A stretch of 64,000 bases of DNA from contig OX597817.1 of the NCBI GenBank assembly GCA_951406725.2, forward strand, positions 37,944,001-38,008,000, in the 5' to 3' direction. Made by a program: the position numbers and the translations under genes. The notes beneath the pieces are model-generated. The model had not been told where the DNA came from and ran no database searches. It was given only the letters and a program-made list of their open reading frames with translations. This document shows, piece by piece, positions 1 through 12,960 of this stretch (its first letter is position 1; every line of letters starts with the position of its first letter). Source of the DNA: Octopus vulgaris (taxonomy: Eukaryota).

Positions 1-586
1 TTACTTTTTCTCTCTTGTAAGTTAAATGGCAACCTAATGAGTGCCAGTGGCATGTAAAAAAAAGCACCCAATATACTCTATAAAGTAGCTGGCATTAGGA
101 ATGGCATCCAGCTGTAGAAGCCATACCAAAGATAACATTGGAGCTCAATGTGGTCTTGTAGCTTGCTGGTTCCCTATCAAACCATCCATTAAAAGCTGAT
201 GTTAAATGATGATGATGATGATAAACAACAATAAATGATAGAAAAATAGTGAATTAACTTGAAATAATTTTATAATTTTTAAAAAATTTACAAGGAAGAA
301 CAAATGTTATAAAATGTTAAAATACGAAAGCACTTTGATATGTTTACCTTGCTGTATCTGAGGAATATGTCCTTCCTTTCTTTAACCCTTTTGATATCTA
401 CCTGCCAAAACTTCCCATGGCTCTATGATGAAGACTTCATTTTTAACCCTTTAGTATTTAAACTGACCATATCTAACCCAAATGTTCTGCCAGTTTTATA
501 TTTCAAACTGTTTGGATTCACACTCTCACATCTATCCTACTATGTCTAAAAGAAAAACCAATCCTATCCTCAAAATCTTGATGCGA

Positions 587-1010
587 CTCTCTTTACTCTT
601 TCTCTTTTACTCTTTTACTTGTTTCAGTCATTTAACTGTGGCCATGCTGGAGCACCACCTTTAGTCGAGCAAATTGACCCCAGGACTTATTCTTTGTAAG
701 CCTAGTACTTAGTCTATCGGTCTCTTTTGCTGAACCGCTAAGTTACAGTGACGTAAACACACCAGCATTGGTTGTCAAGCAATGTTGGGGGGGACAAACA
801 CAGACACACAAATGTATACACACACACACATACATACATATATACGACGGGCTTCTTTCAGTTTCTGTCTGCCAAATCCACTCACAAGGCTTTAATCGGC
901 CCGATGCTATAGTAGAAGACACTTGCCCAAAGTGCCACGCAGTGGGACTGAACCCGGAACCATGTGGTTCGTAAGCAAGCTACTTACTACACAGCCACTC
1001 CTGTCCCTAT
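587..1010 (-). mobile_element. SINE family A (tRNA-like head, CORE-like CCTTGGGCAAGT, internal TA/TG microsatellite, (GTAAAAGA)n tail)
   Basis: ~400-bp repeat with many near-identical copies in the window. Confidence 0.9.
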
Positions 1011-2292
1011 ACTGCAGGTTTAGTTCCAAACAATGTCAATAAACAAGTATTAATGGCAGCAAGCTAGCAGGATCATTAGTACACTGGGAAAAATGCTTAG
1101 TATATTATCTGTCTTTATGTTCTGAGTTCAAATGCTGCCAGGGTCGACTTTGCCTTTTATCCTTTTGGGATTGATAAAATAAGTACCAGTCAAGCATTGG
1201 AATTATTATAATTAAATTAGCACAACCCCTGCTTGAAACTACTGGCTTTGTGCCAAAATTTTAAACCAATAAAGAAGCATTACAACAGACAGAGTAATCT
1301 GAATGCTAAACTGTAAATTAAATCCTTCTATTGAAATTTCAAATTAATTCTTTTGATGCCAACCCACTCAAAACAGCCTCCAAAATTTGTAGCCTCTTTG
1401 CTACAAATTTTCTGTTTTAAAAGAATCTAAATTAAAACTTTCCAGCAAAATTTCTTGTCAATTTATGCTCCAACACCAGCTTAATAATGACCAAGTTATT
1501 TAACCAAATTCTTCCTCATTATCTTAAAAATTAATTGAAGCAGATGCAGTGTATTTCAACAGAAATATGGTGACAAAAGGGTTAATCCATGTTCCAAACA
1601 CCTGCTTATGGATGACAGATATTTTACTAAATTCTTTATCTACGTATGTGTACACACATACACACACACGTTTTTATGTATATGTTTATATATCCCATAT
1701 ATTTTTATATTTTATCTTTTGTCTTATGTGTTTTTGTCGACATTTTCTAAAACTTTCGTTATTTTACATGTTTTTTATAATCTTTCTCGACAAACCTATT
1801 TATTTCATCCATTTCTCCGCTTTTTACCTGCGAGGAAGTTAATGAAATGATGAATAAAAACAGGTAGAGAAATAAAAAAAAGAAAGAAAGACACACTTTT
1901 ATACCCCCTCCCCTTAAAAGAAAGGAAATAGGTGTTATGGCTGGGAGCATTTGACCTTGTTTGAAATAAGTGTTGAATTTGTTTTGAATTATGAATGGAA
2001 AAAAGTATGAGATTGATCGATAATCTACATGGATGAAATAGTAGTAAACAAGGGATAAGGGGGGAGGTTTTGATGTCATTGTAGGTGATGGGGTGGGGGT
2101 GATCTGTTGAATGATTCTAGAGCATTGCTCTCCTTTATATTTTCTGTTTCACCACCACTCTACAGAAGAATTCTGTTTGTTATTTCCTTCACCGACTCAT
2201 CTCATCGCACCACCCCCATCTTAATCACATAACCATCACCACCCAGATTTTTTCTCCTGATAAATAATCATTCTCATTAAGATTTGTGGGCG

Positions 2293-2618
2293 TGTACACA
2301 TATATACTTACATATACACAAACATACATATACACAAACATACATATACACAAACATACATATACACAAACATACATATACACAAACACACACACAAACA
2401 CACACATACACAAACACACACAAACACACACACATACACAAACACACATATACACAAACACACATACACACATACACATGTATACACATACACAAACACA
2501 CATATACACAAACACACATATACACAAACACACATATACACAAACACACATACACAAACACACATATACACAAACACACATATACACAAGCACACACATA
2601 CACAAACACACACATACA

Positions 2619-2651
<33 letters not shown>

Positions 2652-2703
2652 CACACACACATACACAAACACACACATACACAAACACACACATACACAA
2701 ACA

Positions 2704-2735
<32 letters not shown>

Positions 2736-2960
2736 TACACACATACACACACGCATATACACACACATACACATACACACACCCACACACATATATACAT
2801 ACATATTGTATGCATATATGTTTGTGTATGGATATTGCATATATGTGTGTGTGCACGTGTGTCTATGTGTTTATGTATGTGTATGCATATGTGTGTATTG
2901 TATGTTTGCATATTGTATGTACACTCACATATGCATATTATATGTATATGTGTGTTTGTG
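2293..2960. repeat. Compound CA/TA microsatellite
   Basis: ACACAAACACACATAT-type units followed by a TG/TA tract. Confidence 0.95.
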
Positions 2961-3437
2961 TTGATTTTTGCACTGGTCTAAAAGAAAATTACGTTTTTAT
3001 ATTCTACCCTGTAACCTAGCAGTTCAACAAATGGAGGTAAATGATCTGAGAGCAGAGATAAAAAAGGATCAAGGGTCTATTACTACTTCAGGTAATACAG
3101 CGACCCTCTCCCCAAGTGAAGGGCAGCTTGTATGATGCTTGTGTATGTAGTGCAATGTTGTATGATAGCAAAACATGAGCATTAAATGCAAGGCTATGTG
3201 GGGGCTGGGTGAATGGTCTTGAATAAGGGTAACCCTGTATGTACAAAGAGATGATAAATATGAGTTTGGTAGATTGGCACCACCAGGATTACCAAATTCT
3301 GTGAAATACTTACATAAAAGGTACCAACATCTAATTCTACATTGGACTGATTGGGGCCCACATTAGTAAGGCTGTGACCTTACTAATGTGGGCTTAATGA
3401 TGTGTTGCAAAACAAGATCAGTATTGACTATACGTAA

Positions 3438-3625
3438 CCCTTTAGCGTTTGAACCAGCCATATCTGGGTACAATGAGGTCTCCTCATACCTACCCTACAA
3501 TGTTATTCTAGAAACAGAGAATCACATCATTGACATCTCAAAGCCACGAGATAATGCATGATTAATTTAATGCAATGTGAATAAATAAGCGTTATGTTTG
3601 ACAGAGTAACCTGGATGCTGAAGGG
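3438..3625. mobile_element. piggyBac-like MITE
   Basis: (G)TAA|CCCTTTAG...GAAGGG|TTAA. Second copy at 43754-43972; related pieces at ~380-590, 1280-1585 and 62030-62132. Confidence 0.7.
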
Positions 3626-3952
3626 TTAAAGACCAGGACCAAAAAAGGGTGGGAATGATTTCTGGAAAGGCCTATTCTCAGAGTTCAAACACCAAAAAAG
3701 GTATGATAGTGTGTGTGTGTTCCACCACCACCACTTGGCAGTAGGTTTTGGTTTGTTTATGTCCCAGTAACTTAGCAGTTTGGCAAAGAAGACCAATAGA
3801 ATAAGTATCAGAATTTGAAAAATTATTACTGGGGTGCAATTTGTTTGACTAAACCATTTAAGAGAATGCTCTAGCATGGCCACAGTTCTATGACTGAAAG
3901 ATGTCGAAAATAAAAGACACGTATATATGTTTGTGTGTGTGTACTGTAATAT

Positions 3953-4367
3953 TCTCTTTACTCTTTTACTTGTTTCAGTCATTTTTGACTGCGCCCATGC
4001 TGGAGCACCGCCTTTAATCGAGCAACTTGACCCCGGGACTTATTCTTTTGTAAGCCCAGTACTTATTCTATCGGTCTCTTTTGCCGAACCGCTAAGTAAC
4101 GGGGACATAAACACACCAGCATCGGTTGTCAAGCAATGCTAGGGGGACAAACACAGACACACAAACACACACACGCATATATATATATATATACATATAT
4201 ACGACGGGCTTCTTTCAGTTTCCGTCTACCAAATCCACTCAAAAGGCTGTGGACGGCCTGAGGCTATAGTAGAAGACACTTGCCCAAGGTGCCACGCAGT
4301 GGGACTGAACCTGGAACCATGTGGTTGGTAAACAAGCTACTTACCGCACAGCCACTCCTGTGCCTGT
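3953..4367 (-). mobile_element. SINE family A
   Basis: Full-length copy. Confidence 0.9.
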
Positions 4368-5683
4368 AATGTTTATTAGCATGTGATACCAAAAAGAAAA
4401 AAAAAAATCAAGGAATTTAGTATTGCCACCTGAATGTGTAAATTAAACAGTGTAACTAATGCAATTATACCTTCTAATACACACATACATTTGTTACTTA
4501 TTAAGTCATGTCCTTCCTTTGTTTTCTTTGGTTTTTACTATATCCTTCTTTTTAACGTATGAGTAATTGCAGTTTTATTGTATACATTTTATTTATTTAT
4601 TTACTTGATCAATAAATTAGTTACTCCTTTCTCAAATCACCAGTACAATTTTTTTCAGTGATGTTTTGACAGTGAGGCATCATCGATACAAGTTTTGTAG
4701 TCTGCAAACTGACGTTTAGGTGTGTCATGTGAAATATATATAATATTCAGGAGATGGGTGGTGCAGGAAGGAAGTGCAAGAGAGATGGGAAAATGAGGCA
4801 AGAGTGTGTGTGTGAGAGAGAGAGAAAAAGTAAGAAGAGTAGATGGTAAGTGATTAGCTGAAAGATGAGCAATTTTATAAGATGTTACACCTTCACAGCA
4901 CAAAGTTGTATTCATTCATTTACCTCATGAATTCTACACTGAAGAAGATTGGGAAATCAGCATCTGATATAAAACTTAACTTGTTGAAATCAGGTTAGTT
5001 TCTCTAGTAATATATTTGTTTTCTTGCTTTCTTTCCTTCTTTCTTTATTTCTTTCTTCCTTTATTTCTTTCTTTTTTCTTTCTTTCTTTCATTCTATATT
5101 TCTTTCTCTTTCTTCATTTCTTTCTTTCTTTCTTTACCTGTTCCAAGAGGTTTTGGTTGATCCTATTAACGCCTTTCATCTCCTTTTATTGAATTTTCAA
5201 GCCTTGTTTTTGACACAATGGGACATAAACAGACACAACTGAACTCCTGTAAACTTAGATAGAGATATCCCCTCACATACACTACGTGTCTGTGTGTGTG
5301 TAAACTGGCTTCTGCACACAACCAAATTCCATTCATAAAGTAGAAAACACTTGCCCAAGGTACCAAACAGTGGGATTGAATCCAGAACCATGTGGTTATT
5401 AAGTAAGCTTTCTTTTTGCACAGAAGTGTTATTACTCTCTCTTGCAATTTTTTTTTAACTGAAAACATCTATGTAACAAATTCTTAATACTTCAAACTAG
5501 ATGGAGGAAAAAGACAAAAATCTGTCACCCTTACAAAACAATTATTACCTCTTTTATCAAATATTTTTAAGAAATGTTTTATCAATGTGTTTTGTTAATT
5601 ATTTAATTTATAAGAGCAAAATTGTTGGAAAGTCTGTCAAAATCTCATGCGGTATATCTCCTGCTTCTTAATGTTCTAATGAA

Positions 5684-6003
5684 GGCATGTGACTTAGTGG
5701 GTACATATTCAGCTCGCAATCACAAGGCCCTGAGTTCGATTCTCTGTGGTGTGTCGTGTCGTGTCCTTGAGCAAGACACTTTATTTCATGTTACTCCAGT
5801 CCACTCAGCTGGCAAAAATTAGTGCCTGTATTTCAAAGGGCCGGCCTTTTCATATTCTGTCCCACCCAATCTCCTTGAGAACTAAGTTCAGGGTATTTGT
5901 GTCAGTGGGGTGCTGAACCACTTGCATGTTAATTTCGTAAGCAGGCTGTTCCATTGATCCGGTCAACTGGAACCGTCATTGTTATAACTGATGGAGTGCC
6001 ATT
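5684..6003 (+). mobile_element. SINE group C (11262 type)
   Basis: Sequence similarity to 11262-11587. Confidence 0.85.
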
Positions 6004-6009
6004 TAATGT

Positions 6010-6232
6010 AGCTGGCAGAGACGTTAGCACGCCGGGCGAAATGCGTAGCCGTATTTCGTCTGCCGTTACGTTGTGAGTTCAAATTCCGCCGAGGTCGACT
6101 TTGCCTTTCATCCTTTCGGGGTCGATAAATCAAGTACCAATTACGCACTGGGGTCGATGCAATCGACTTAATCCCTTTGTCTGTCCTTGTTTGTCCTCTC
6201 TGTGTTTAGCCCCTTGTGGGCAATAAAGAAAT
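6010..6232 (+). mobile_element. SINE family B (GAGCTGGCAGAA...GAGTTCAAATTCC...GCCTTTCATCCTTTCGGGGTCGATAAA)
   Basis: ~230-bp repeat with Pol III box-like motifs; many copies. Confidence 0.88.
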
Positions 6233-6931
6233 ATATATTCAAATTCCTGCTGGGACCAACTTTGTCTTTCATCTCTTTGGTGGTGGTCGGGAAATCAATA
6301 AAATAAAGTAGCAGTCAAGTACTGGGATGGGAGTGGGGGGATGTTAATACCCCACTTCCACTAATTTCCGGGCATATGACAATGTTAGAAACAATTGATT
6401 CATTAATTTATCTAAAATTTTAATCACTCCATATTTATAAATGCAGTCAATTCTTGTTTTGAAACTGTTTTGATGATGATGATGATGATGATGACGGTGG
6501 TGGTGGTGGTGGTGGTGGCAGCAGTGAGTTTTGAATATGAATTTTGGAACAAGGCCAGCAGTTATTTAGAGGGGAGAGATGACCTGATTACAGTGACCTC
6601 AATACATTACTAGTGATTTATTTATTCGACCCTGGAGGGATAAAAAGCAAATTTGACCTCATTGGGTTTTGAACTCAGAACACAAAGAACTGGAAGGAAC
6701 ACACCAAGATGTTTTCTCCTATGCTGTAATGATTTTGCAATAATGATATTAGTTATAATAATAGTAATAATTTTGTTCTTCATATTTTGTCTTTGTTTTA
6801 ATATTATCAAAATTCTTAGTGCTTTTATTTTCTGAGTTCAAATTTTGCTGAGGTTGACTTGCGCCTATAGTAGAAACATCATCATCTTCGTTTAACCTCC
6901 GCCTTCCATGCTGACATATTATTATTATTAT

Positions 6932-7405
6932 TGAGTGAGAGAGCAGTGGATGCCATCAAAGTGACACTGGGTTAAAATATATGAAGCCCAGTATACCCAT
7001 CGTGACTACCCATCTGATAAGGGTCCATCAGGCACATGCATCACAACCATATGTGCGTGACATGGTGCTCTCATATCAAGATAAATAGCACATGACCTTG
7101 CAGATGGGGCCCAATTAGAATTTTCTTCAGGTCCATCCTGCTCAAAAGGTCCCAGAATAAGGGTTGTTTAAGGATGTTGAATGAAACACCCATGTTTCCA
7201 AAAGTGAATTATTCAAACCTCAAAGAATTCCTCTCAGCACATGGCTTTGATCTCCCCCCACTACTTCTGTTCGTGATCAGAGATGCACATATCGGCAGCC
7301 ACTAAGGGACATGCCCAACTGGTTATGGTCAAACAAGTAAATCTGTGGTATTGAATACAGCAAATATAGAATATTTGCTGTAGCCCATCTTTTATATCAA
7401 GACAG
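6932..7405. repeat. Unclassified ~480-bp interspersed repeat beside (TTA)n, copy 1
   Basis: Collinear with 44771-45260. Confidence 0.85.
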
Positions 7406-7804
7406 TCACAATATCTTGTCACTTATATTATGGCATTTGAACTTCAAGGGTATGGCCTGGCACTTGCCACTATTTATATCTCTCTCTTCCTTTACTCAGC
7501 CATCTCATTTATACTCTGATCCCTGTTCCTTGTGAGTATGCCTTGCATTTTGCCACCATCTCTATTCTGCTGTCTCCCTCTCTCTCTCTCTCACTCTCTC
7601 TCTCTCTTTTGCACTTCCCTCAGGTTGGGCTACTCTGTATTTTCTTTGCGTTAGCACACCTGTTTTTGTCTTCATTGCTGATCTTTCTCTCTCCGGCTGG
7701 GTAACCTTGAACTTCCTCTACAGCAAGACACCTGTATCTGTCTCACTATTAACTTTTTCATCATCACCTCTTCCAGTTCATCCTGTCCTCTTAAAAGTTT
7801 TTGT

Positions 7805-8267
7805 ATTGCAAGTACTTGGTGACCCTGTCAGTGCAGGTGCCACTTAAAAGTACCCAGTCCACACTGTAAAGTGGTTGTTATTTGGACAGGCATCCAGCTG
7901 TAAAAGACTTGTCAAAACTGACCTCACCTTTGCTTGTGTCACGTAAAAAGCACTAAGTCCACTCTATTGAGGGGTTAGTGTTAGGAAGGGCATCCAGCTG
8001 TAAAAATCCTGCCAAAACAGTCAGAAGTCTGGTGCAGGTTTCAGCCTGGCCGGCTTTTGTGATACTGTCCCACCCATGCTAGCATGGAACATCATCATCA
8101 TTTAACGTCATCATCATCGTTTAACGTCCATTTTCCATGCTAGCATGGGTTGGACGGTTCGACCGGGGTCTGGGAAGGCAGAAGGCTGCACCAGGCTCCT
8201 GTCTGATCTGGCAGTGTTTCTACGGCTTGATGCCCTTCCTAACGCCAACCACTCCGTGGACGTTAAA
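7805..8267. mobile_element. RTE 3'-end fragment (+) with a second RTE 3'-end fragment (-, 8090-8258) nested in its terminus
   Basis: Host terminus AGCATGGAA...GGACGTTAAA is split by an insert beginning with (CAT)n that matches 31620-31780. Confidence 0.8.
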
Positions 8268-8668
8268 TTATTATTATTTATATTTCATGTCCTTACTACT
8301 ATCTTAAGTTTCTTTGTGTGAAGAAAGCATGCATAAGCACAGAAACACTGAAACATTTGTGAAAGAACCAGTTGAAATTCAGATCTACACCATGTGATTA
8401 TATGTGCACCATTGAGAATGCCTCCACGGTAGTCTTGAACAACTTGCAGTCTGTAGCACTTACTGAATGGTACACTTAACCAAAAATTATCTTGAAAGTT
8501 TTAATAATGCAGCCCATCAGATGATGATCCATGTCCCATGCAGCCCTCTTTTCTGCTCTATGGATTCTTTTGACTTGCTAGAAATAGTGGCTAAATAATC
8601 CTTAAATCATGCCCTACTATCTTAGATAAGGAAATGGTGTATTAGATATGATGTACATTATTTACATT

Positions 8669-9064
8669 ACTCTTTTACTTGTTTCAGTCATTTGACTGTA
8701 GCCATGCTGGAGCACCGCCTTTAGTTGAGCAAATCGACCCCAGGACTTATTCTTTGTAAGAATAGTACTTATTCTATCAGTCTCTTTTGCCGAACCGCTA
8801 AGTTACGGGGACGTAAACACACCAGCATCGGTTGTCAAGTGATGTTGGGGGGACAAACACAGACACACAAACATACGCACACACGCATATATATACATAT
8901 ATATACGACGGGCTTCTTTCAGTTTCCATCTACCAAATCCACTCACAAGGCTTTGGTCGGCCCGAGGCTATAGTAGAAGACACTTGCCCAGGTACCACAC
9001 AGTGGGACTGAACCCGGAACCATGTGGTTTGTAAGCAAGCTACTTACCACACAACCACTCCTAC
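8669..9064 (-). mobile_element. SINE family A
   Basis: Full-length copy. Confidence 0.9.
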
Positions 9065-9109
9065 ATAATTTACATTCGATGGATATTCGTCCCCATCTTA
9101 TTTGTTGTT

Positions 9110-9155
9110 AAAACAACATTTCGGCTGATATACCCTCCAGCTTTCTTCAGGTGTC
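9110..9155 (-). ncRNA. Degenerate hammerhead motif
   Basis: GACAC-CUGAAGA-AA-GCUG(GAGGGUAUAU)CAGC-C-GAAAU-GUU-GUUUU. Confidence 0.5.
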
Positions 9156-9581
9156 TTGGGGAAATTTCAAACCCGGGTTCTCATTCCTAATGTAGTCCTG
9201 GATACCTTTAAAAAAGACAGGATGGTCCTGCTTTCGATGCCATTTGTCTTCTTGGGTCAAAGTTCACCTATGTTTAAACAACCAATGTCCAACTACATTA
9301 GCCTTGTGTCATTGACTAAATTCCACTTTTCCATTCTATTTTATAACCCTGTAATGCTCACATGTTTGATAGTGGCAGTGGTGGATGGGGGTTGATGAGG
9401 GTGGGGACAGACCCATTAGAATGTGAGTGCTTCATTATTCTCAGTAGAGGCAAATACAATTAAGTTTTGAATGCAAAAGCTTTAACCTTTTATTTTTCTC
9501 CTCTCCTTCTGGTTCTTTTGTTTGCTTTAGCCATTGTGGCTAAGGTCATGCTAGAGCACCTCTTTTGAAACGTAGGAAAAC

Positions 9582-9634
<53 letters not shown>

Positions 9635-9923
9635 TGAGAGAGTTGGTATGTGAAAGCACATGGATGGATGTATAAAAGACAAGCCTTCTGTAGTTTTTTC
9701 ACTCTTTTGTGTCTTTTATATAACTCTCACTTCACTTATTTGTGTGTGTGTGTGTGTGCGCGTGCACGCACATGCATATATGTGTATTGCTGTGTAGATA
9801 TTGAGAACATAATGACAAATTTAGTTTAATCATGTTAGCAATATAACTGAATATTATATATTTATGTTTCCAATATTTCAAGCATTCTAAAACAAACTGA
9901 GTGAATTTATTATAGAAAGCTTC

Positions 9924-10344
9924 ACAGGCGCAGGAGTGGCTGTGTGGTAAGTAGCTTGTTTACCAGCCACATGGTTCCGGGTTCAGTCCCACTGTGTGGC
10001 ACCTTGGGCAAGTGTCTTCTACTATAGCCTCGGGCCGACCAAAGCCTTGTGAGTAGATTTGGTAGACGGAAACTGAAAGAAGCCCGTCGTATATATGTAT
10101 TTATATATATGCGTGTGTGTGTTTGTGTGAGTGTGTTTGTCCCCCTAGCATTGCTTGACAACCGATGCTGGTGTGTTTACGTCCCTGTTACTTAGCGGTT
10201 CGGCAAAAGAGACCGATAGAATAAGTACTGGGCTTACAAAAGAATAAGTCCCGGGGTCGAGTTGCTCGATTAAAGGCGGTGCTCCAGCATGGCCGCAGTC
10301 AAATGACTGAAACAAGTAAAAGAGTAAAAGAGTAAAAAAAGAGT
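9924..10344 (+). mobile_element. SINE family A
   Basis: A box TGGCTGTGTGG, B-box-like GGTTCAGTCCC, GAGTAAAA tail. Confidence 0.92.
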
Positions 10345-10647
10345 ATGAATAAAATGTGAGTGACTGAGCAACTAGAGCTGAAAATTTCTTTCAATCTATT
10401 TCTATTCTCTGTTTTTCTCTATGTGTTAAAATGACTTACTTGTTGTTTTTGTTGTTTATCCTGGCACAGCTCTGATCCATCAGACCTTGTGTCAAAGATA
10501 TTCCAGTCATGCCAGCCTATCTTTTATTCAGTTATAATCTACTCAGGATTGCATTATATGCAATCTGTCCTTTATTTTAAAATGTTAGAGTGTGATTTGA
10601 AGGAGGTGTGGCTGCTATTTCTAGAATGATTGAACGACCATGTAGAT

Positions 10648-10960
10648 CAGGGCTGGCCAACCTGAGGCCTGCGGGTCGTATGTGGTCTGCAGACTTTTAT
10701 CGTGATACTTTCTTGAAATGGGTTTATTTAAACGAACAATTTTAAAATTTTATCAAAAACTGAAGTTTGTAATGAAAAGTAAAAAAGAAAGATACTACTA
10801 TTTTTGCAGTAATATTTCTTGTTGAATCAGTGATCATTCATTATTGTAATAATAGCATGAGAAAGCAAAATGCTTTCAATTCTGTCAGTATACAAGCAGC
10901 CCTCGAAAAACTTTTTGTGATTAAAGTGGCCCGCAATGTAATTTGAGTCGGCCAGGTCTG
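10648..10960. mobile_element. hAT MITE
   Basis: CAGGGCTGGCCAAC...GTCGGCCAGGTCTG termini; 8-bp TSD ATGTAGAT/ATGTAGAC. Confidence 0.8.
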
Positions 10961-10999
10961 ATGTAGACATTCTCTCATCGGCTGAAGGATTAGTGTTGG

Positions 11000-12010
11000 A
11001 ACCCTGTCAAAGGGCTAACAAATGCCAGTTATAAGGGCTTCTCCTTGCTCAGTACTTCTCTTGCAGTTGTCTTTCTAGAAAGATGGCATCAGGTGTTTCT
11101 CTTCTTGGCACAAACCTGAACTACATCTATATAAGCTAATTCTCTTTTTAATCAGCTGTGCTAGCGTTGTTTTCAAAATATTCATGACCTGGTTTGACAG
11201 TTTTATGTGTCTGTAATTGTTTTTCTGTTGTGCATCTCCTTTGCTCTTACAGCTGTCGACAGTGAGGGCGCGTGGCTTAGTGGTTAGGGCATTCGGCTCA
11301 TGATCGTAAGGTTGTGAGTTCGATTCCCGGCGACGCGTTGTGTCCTTGAGCAAGACACTTTATTTCACATTGCTCCAGTCCACTCAGCTGGCAAAAATAA
11401 GTTGTACTTGTATTTCAAAGGGTCAGCCTTGTCACTCTCTGTGTCACGCTGATTATCCCCGAGAACTACGTTAAGGGTACATATGTCTGTGGAATGCTCA
11501 GCCATTTGCACGTTAATTTCACGAGCAAGCTGTTCCGTTGATCGTATCAGCTGGGACCCTCGTCGTCGTAACCGGCGGAGTCTTTAGACAGCTGTCGACA
11601 TTGGTGCTGCTGTGCCAGTCATTGGGTATGATACCTTCTTGAATTATCTTGATCAGCTAGCATGTGATATACTCCCAGATATTTTAACCATCTCAATAAC
11701 TTTTCTTGATGAACCATCTGCCTCTTTTGCCTTCATATCCATAATTGCACATGGAATCATACTTGAATTGCTAGTTCTCCTCATGAGTCTACATGAGGTC
11801 AACCTTCTCTCTTTTATGCATACTTGTCCATTAGCAAATTCATCTAATAATAACCTTTCTTTCCAGCATCAGTAAAAGTTTCATTCTGTACACATTTCTC
11901 CCTAGCCATATCACCAATCTCTTCAAAACATTCTTTCTAGAACATTGTCTTGGAAATGAGAACACTTTGCGATCTTCGTGCTGTAGAATAGTGGCAATCT
12001 TTATATTTTT
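11000..12010 (-). mobile_element. Decayed RTE ORF fragment interrupted by a SINE
   Basis: Remnant of QFGF..DAIFL.RQLQEKY near 11050-11130; stops and frameshifts. Confidence 0.75.
11262..11587 (+). mobile_element. SINE group C (tRNA-like head, CORE-like GTGTCCTTGAGCAAG) with 13-bp TSD
   Basis: A box TGGCTTAGTGG, B box GTTCGATTCC; ACAGCTGTCGACA at 11249-11261 and 11588-11600. Confidence 0.93.
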
Positions 12011-12669
12011 ACTTCTCACCTTGCTAACTGTATTTGATATTTAGCATACCATATTTGTCTTTTGGGTAGGGTCATGGTAAGAGGGAGAGACCAGGAAGCA
12101 CCAGATATATTCATAGGAAACAGCTGCGCATGTTAATATAGCTAGCATAAATTTTCAGCCATCTGCTGTAAAAAGCTGCTTTCTACTGTGTGAAAATTAT
12201 TTTATTGTAATAAAACTTGTCTTGTTTTAGAAATACAAATTCATTACTCTATATCTCTGTACTGAATGCAATGTATTTTTCGATATTATTTATCAAGCAT
12301 TATCGGATGATTATGGATGTATGTATGTATGTGTGTCTATGTATTGTGTGTGTACATATATGTATGTGTAGGTATATTCATATCTATATCTGTATGTGTG
12401 TGTGTATATATAATATATATATATATATTTATGTATGTGTTGTATGTATGTGTGTATGTAAGTCAGTAAAACAGGCACTTGTATATTTGTCAATAGAAAG
12501 GGTGCATTAATCTTTATAGTATACAGTATTATGGGTTCATTTCAGCAATTTTACCAATTGGTCTTGCACACAAATTAGGTAATGTACTGGAAATTAAAGG
12601 AGAATTTAGTGTTGCTAAAAACTTTCTGCAAACAAATGGACACTCTTTGAGTTTCCTATAGCTGTGTAC

Positions 12670-12960
12670 CTCATTTCATTTCATTTGAGTTTGAGTCCAT
12701 GCTCAGGCCAAGTCGAAGACTCCACCCTCAGAGTCTGGTGTGGTTGCCAGGTTGTATTCTCTGTTTAATTTTGACATGTGTAGGAGCGAGTTTGAGTCAG
12801 TTTGTGCTCGTTGTGTATATCCTGGGAGATGGGGTTCAACTCTAATGGTGCTTAAGTATCTATCCAGCTGCAATTTTCCTCATATAAGGAAAATATTTGT
12901 AAGTCAGCTCACACTTGAGACTGAGGCTGGAGGTTTGTGTAGGGGCAACACAACATGTCT
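12670..12960 (-). mobile_element. CR1/L2-group LINE 3' fragment
   Basis: Minus-strand translation KLQLDRYLSTIRVEPHLPGYTQRAQTDSNSLLHM resembles the ORF2 C-terminus of CR1/L2-group elements; short (AAATG)n tail. Confidence 0.65.

Noticed and set aside
768-974. Recurring ORFs such as 'IYDGLLSVSVYQIHSQG...VGLNPEPCG' and 'KAVLQHGRSQMTETSKR'
   Set aside because: Chance frames within non-coding SINE family A copies.
2225-2981. Five 180-230 aa ORFs rich in CV/HT/YV
   Set aside because: Translations of CA/TG/TA microsatellite. The same applies to 15118-15736 and 20292-20802.
4927-4993. + strand ATG...TCAG|GTTAGT mini-exon (MNSTLKKIGKSASDIKLNLLKS)
   Set aside because: No homology, no supporting neighbouring exons, ~39 kb from the FRMD8 exons; indistinguishable from chance.
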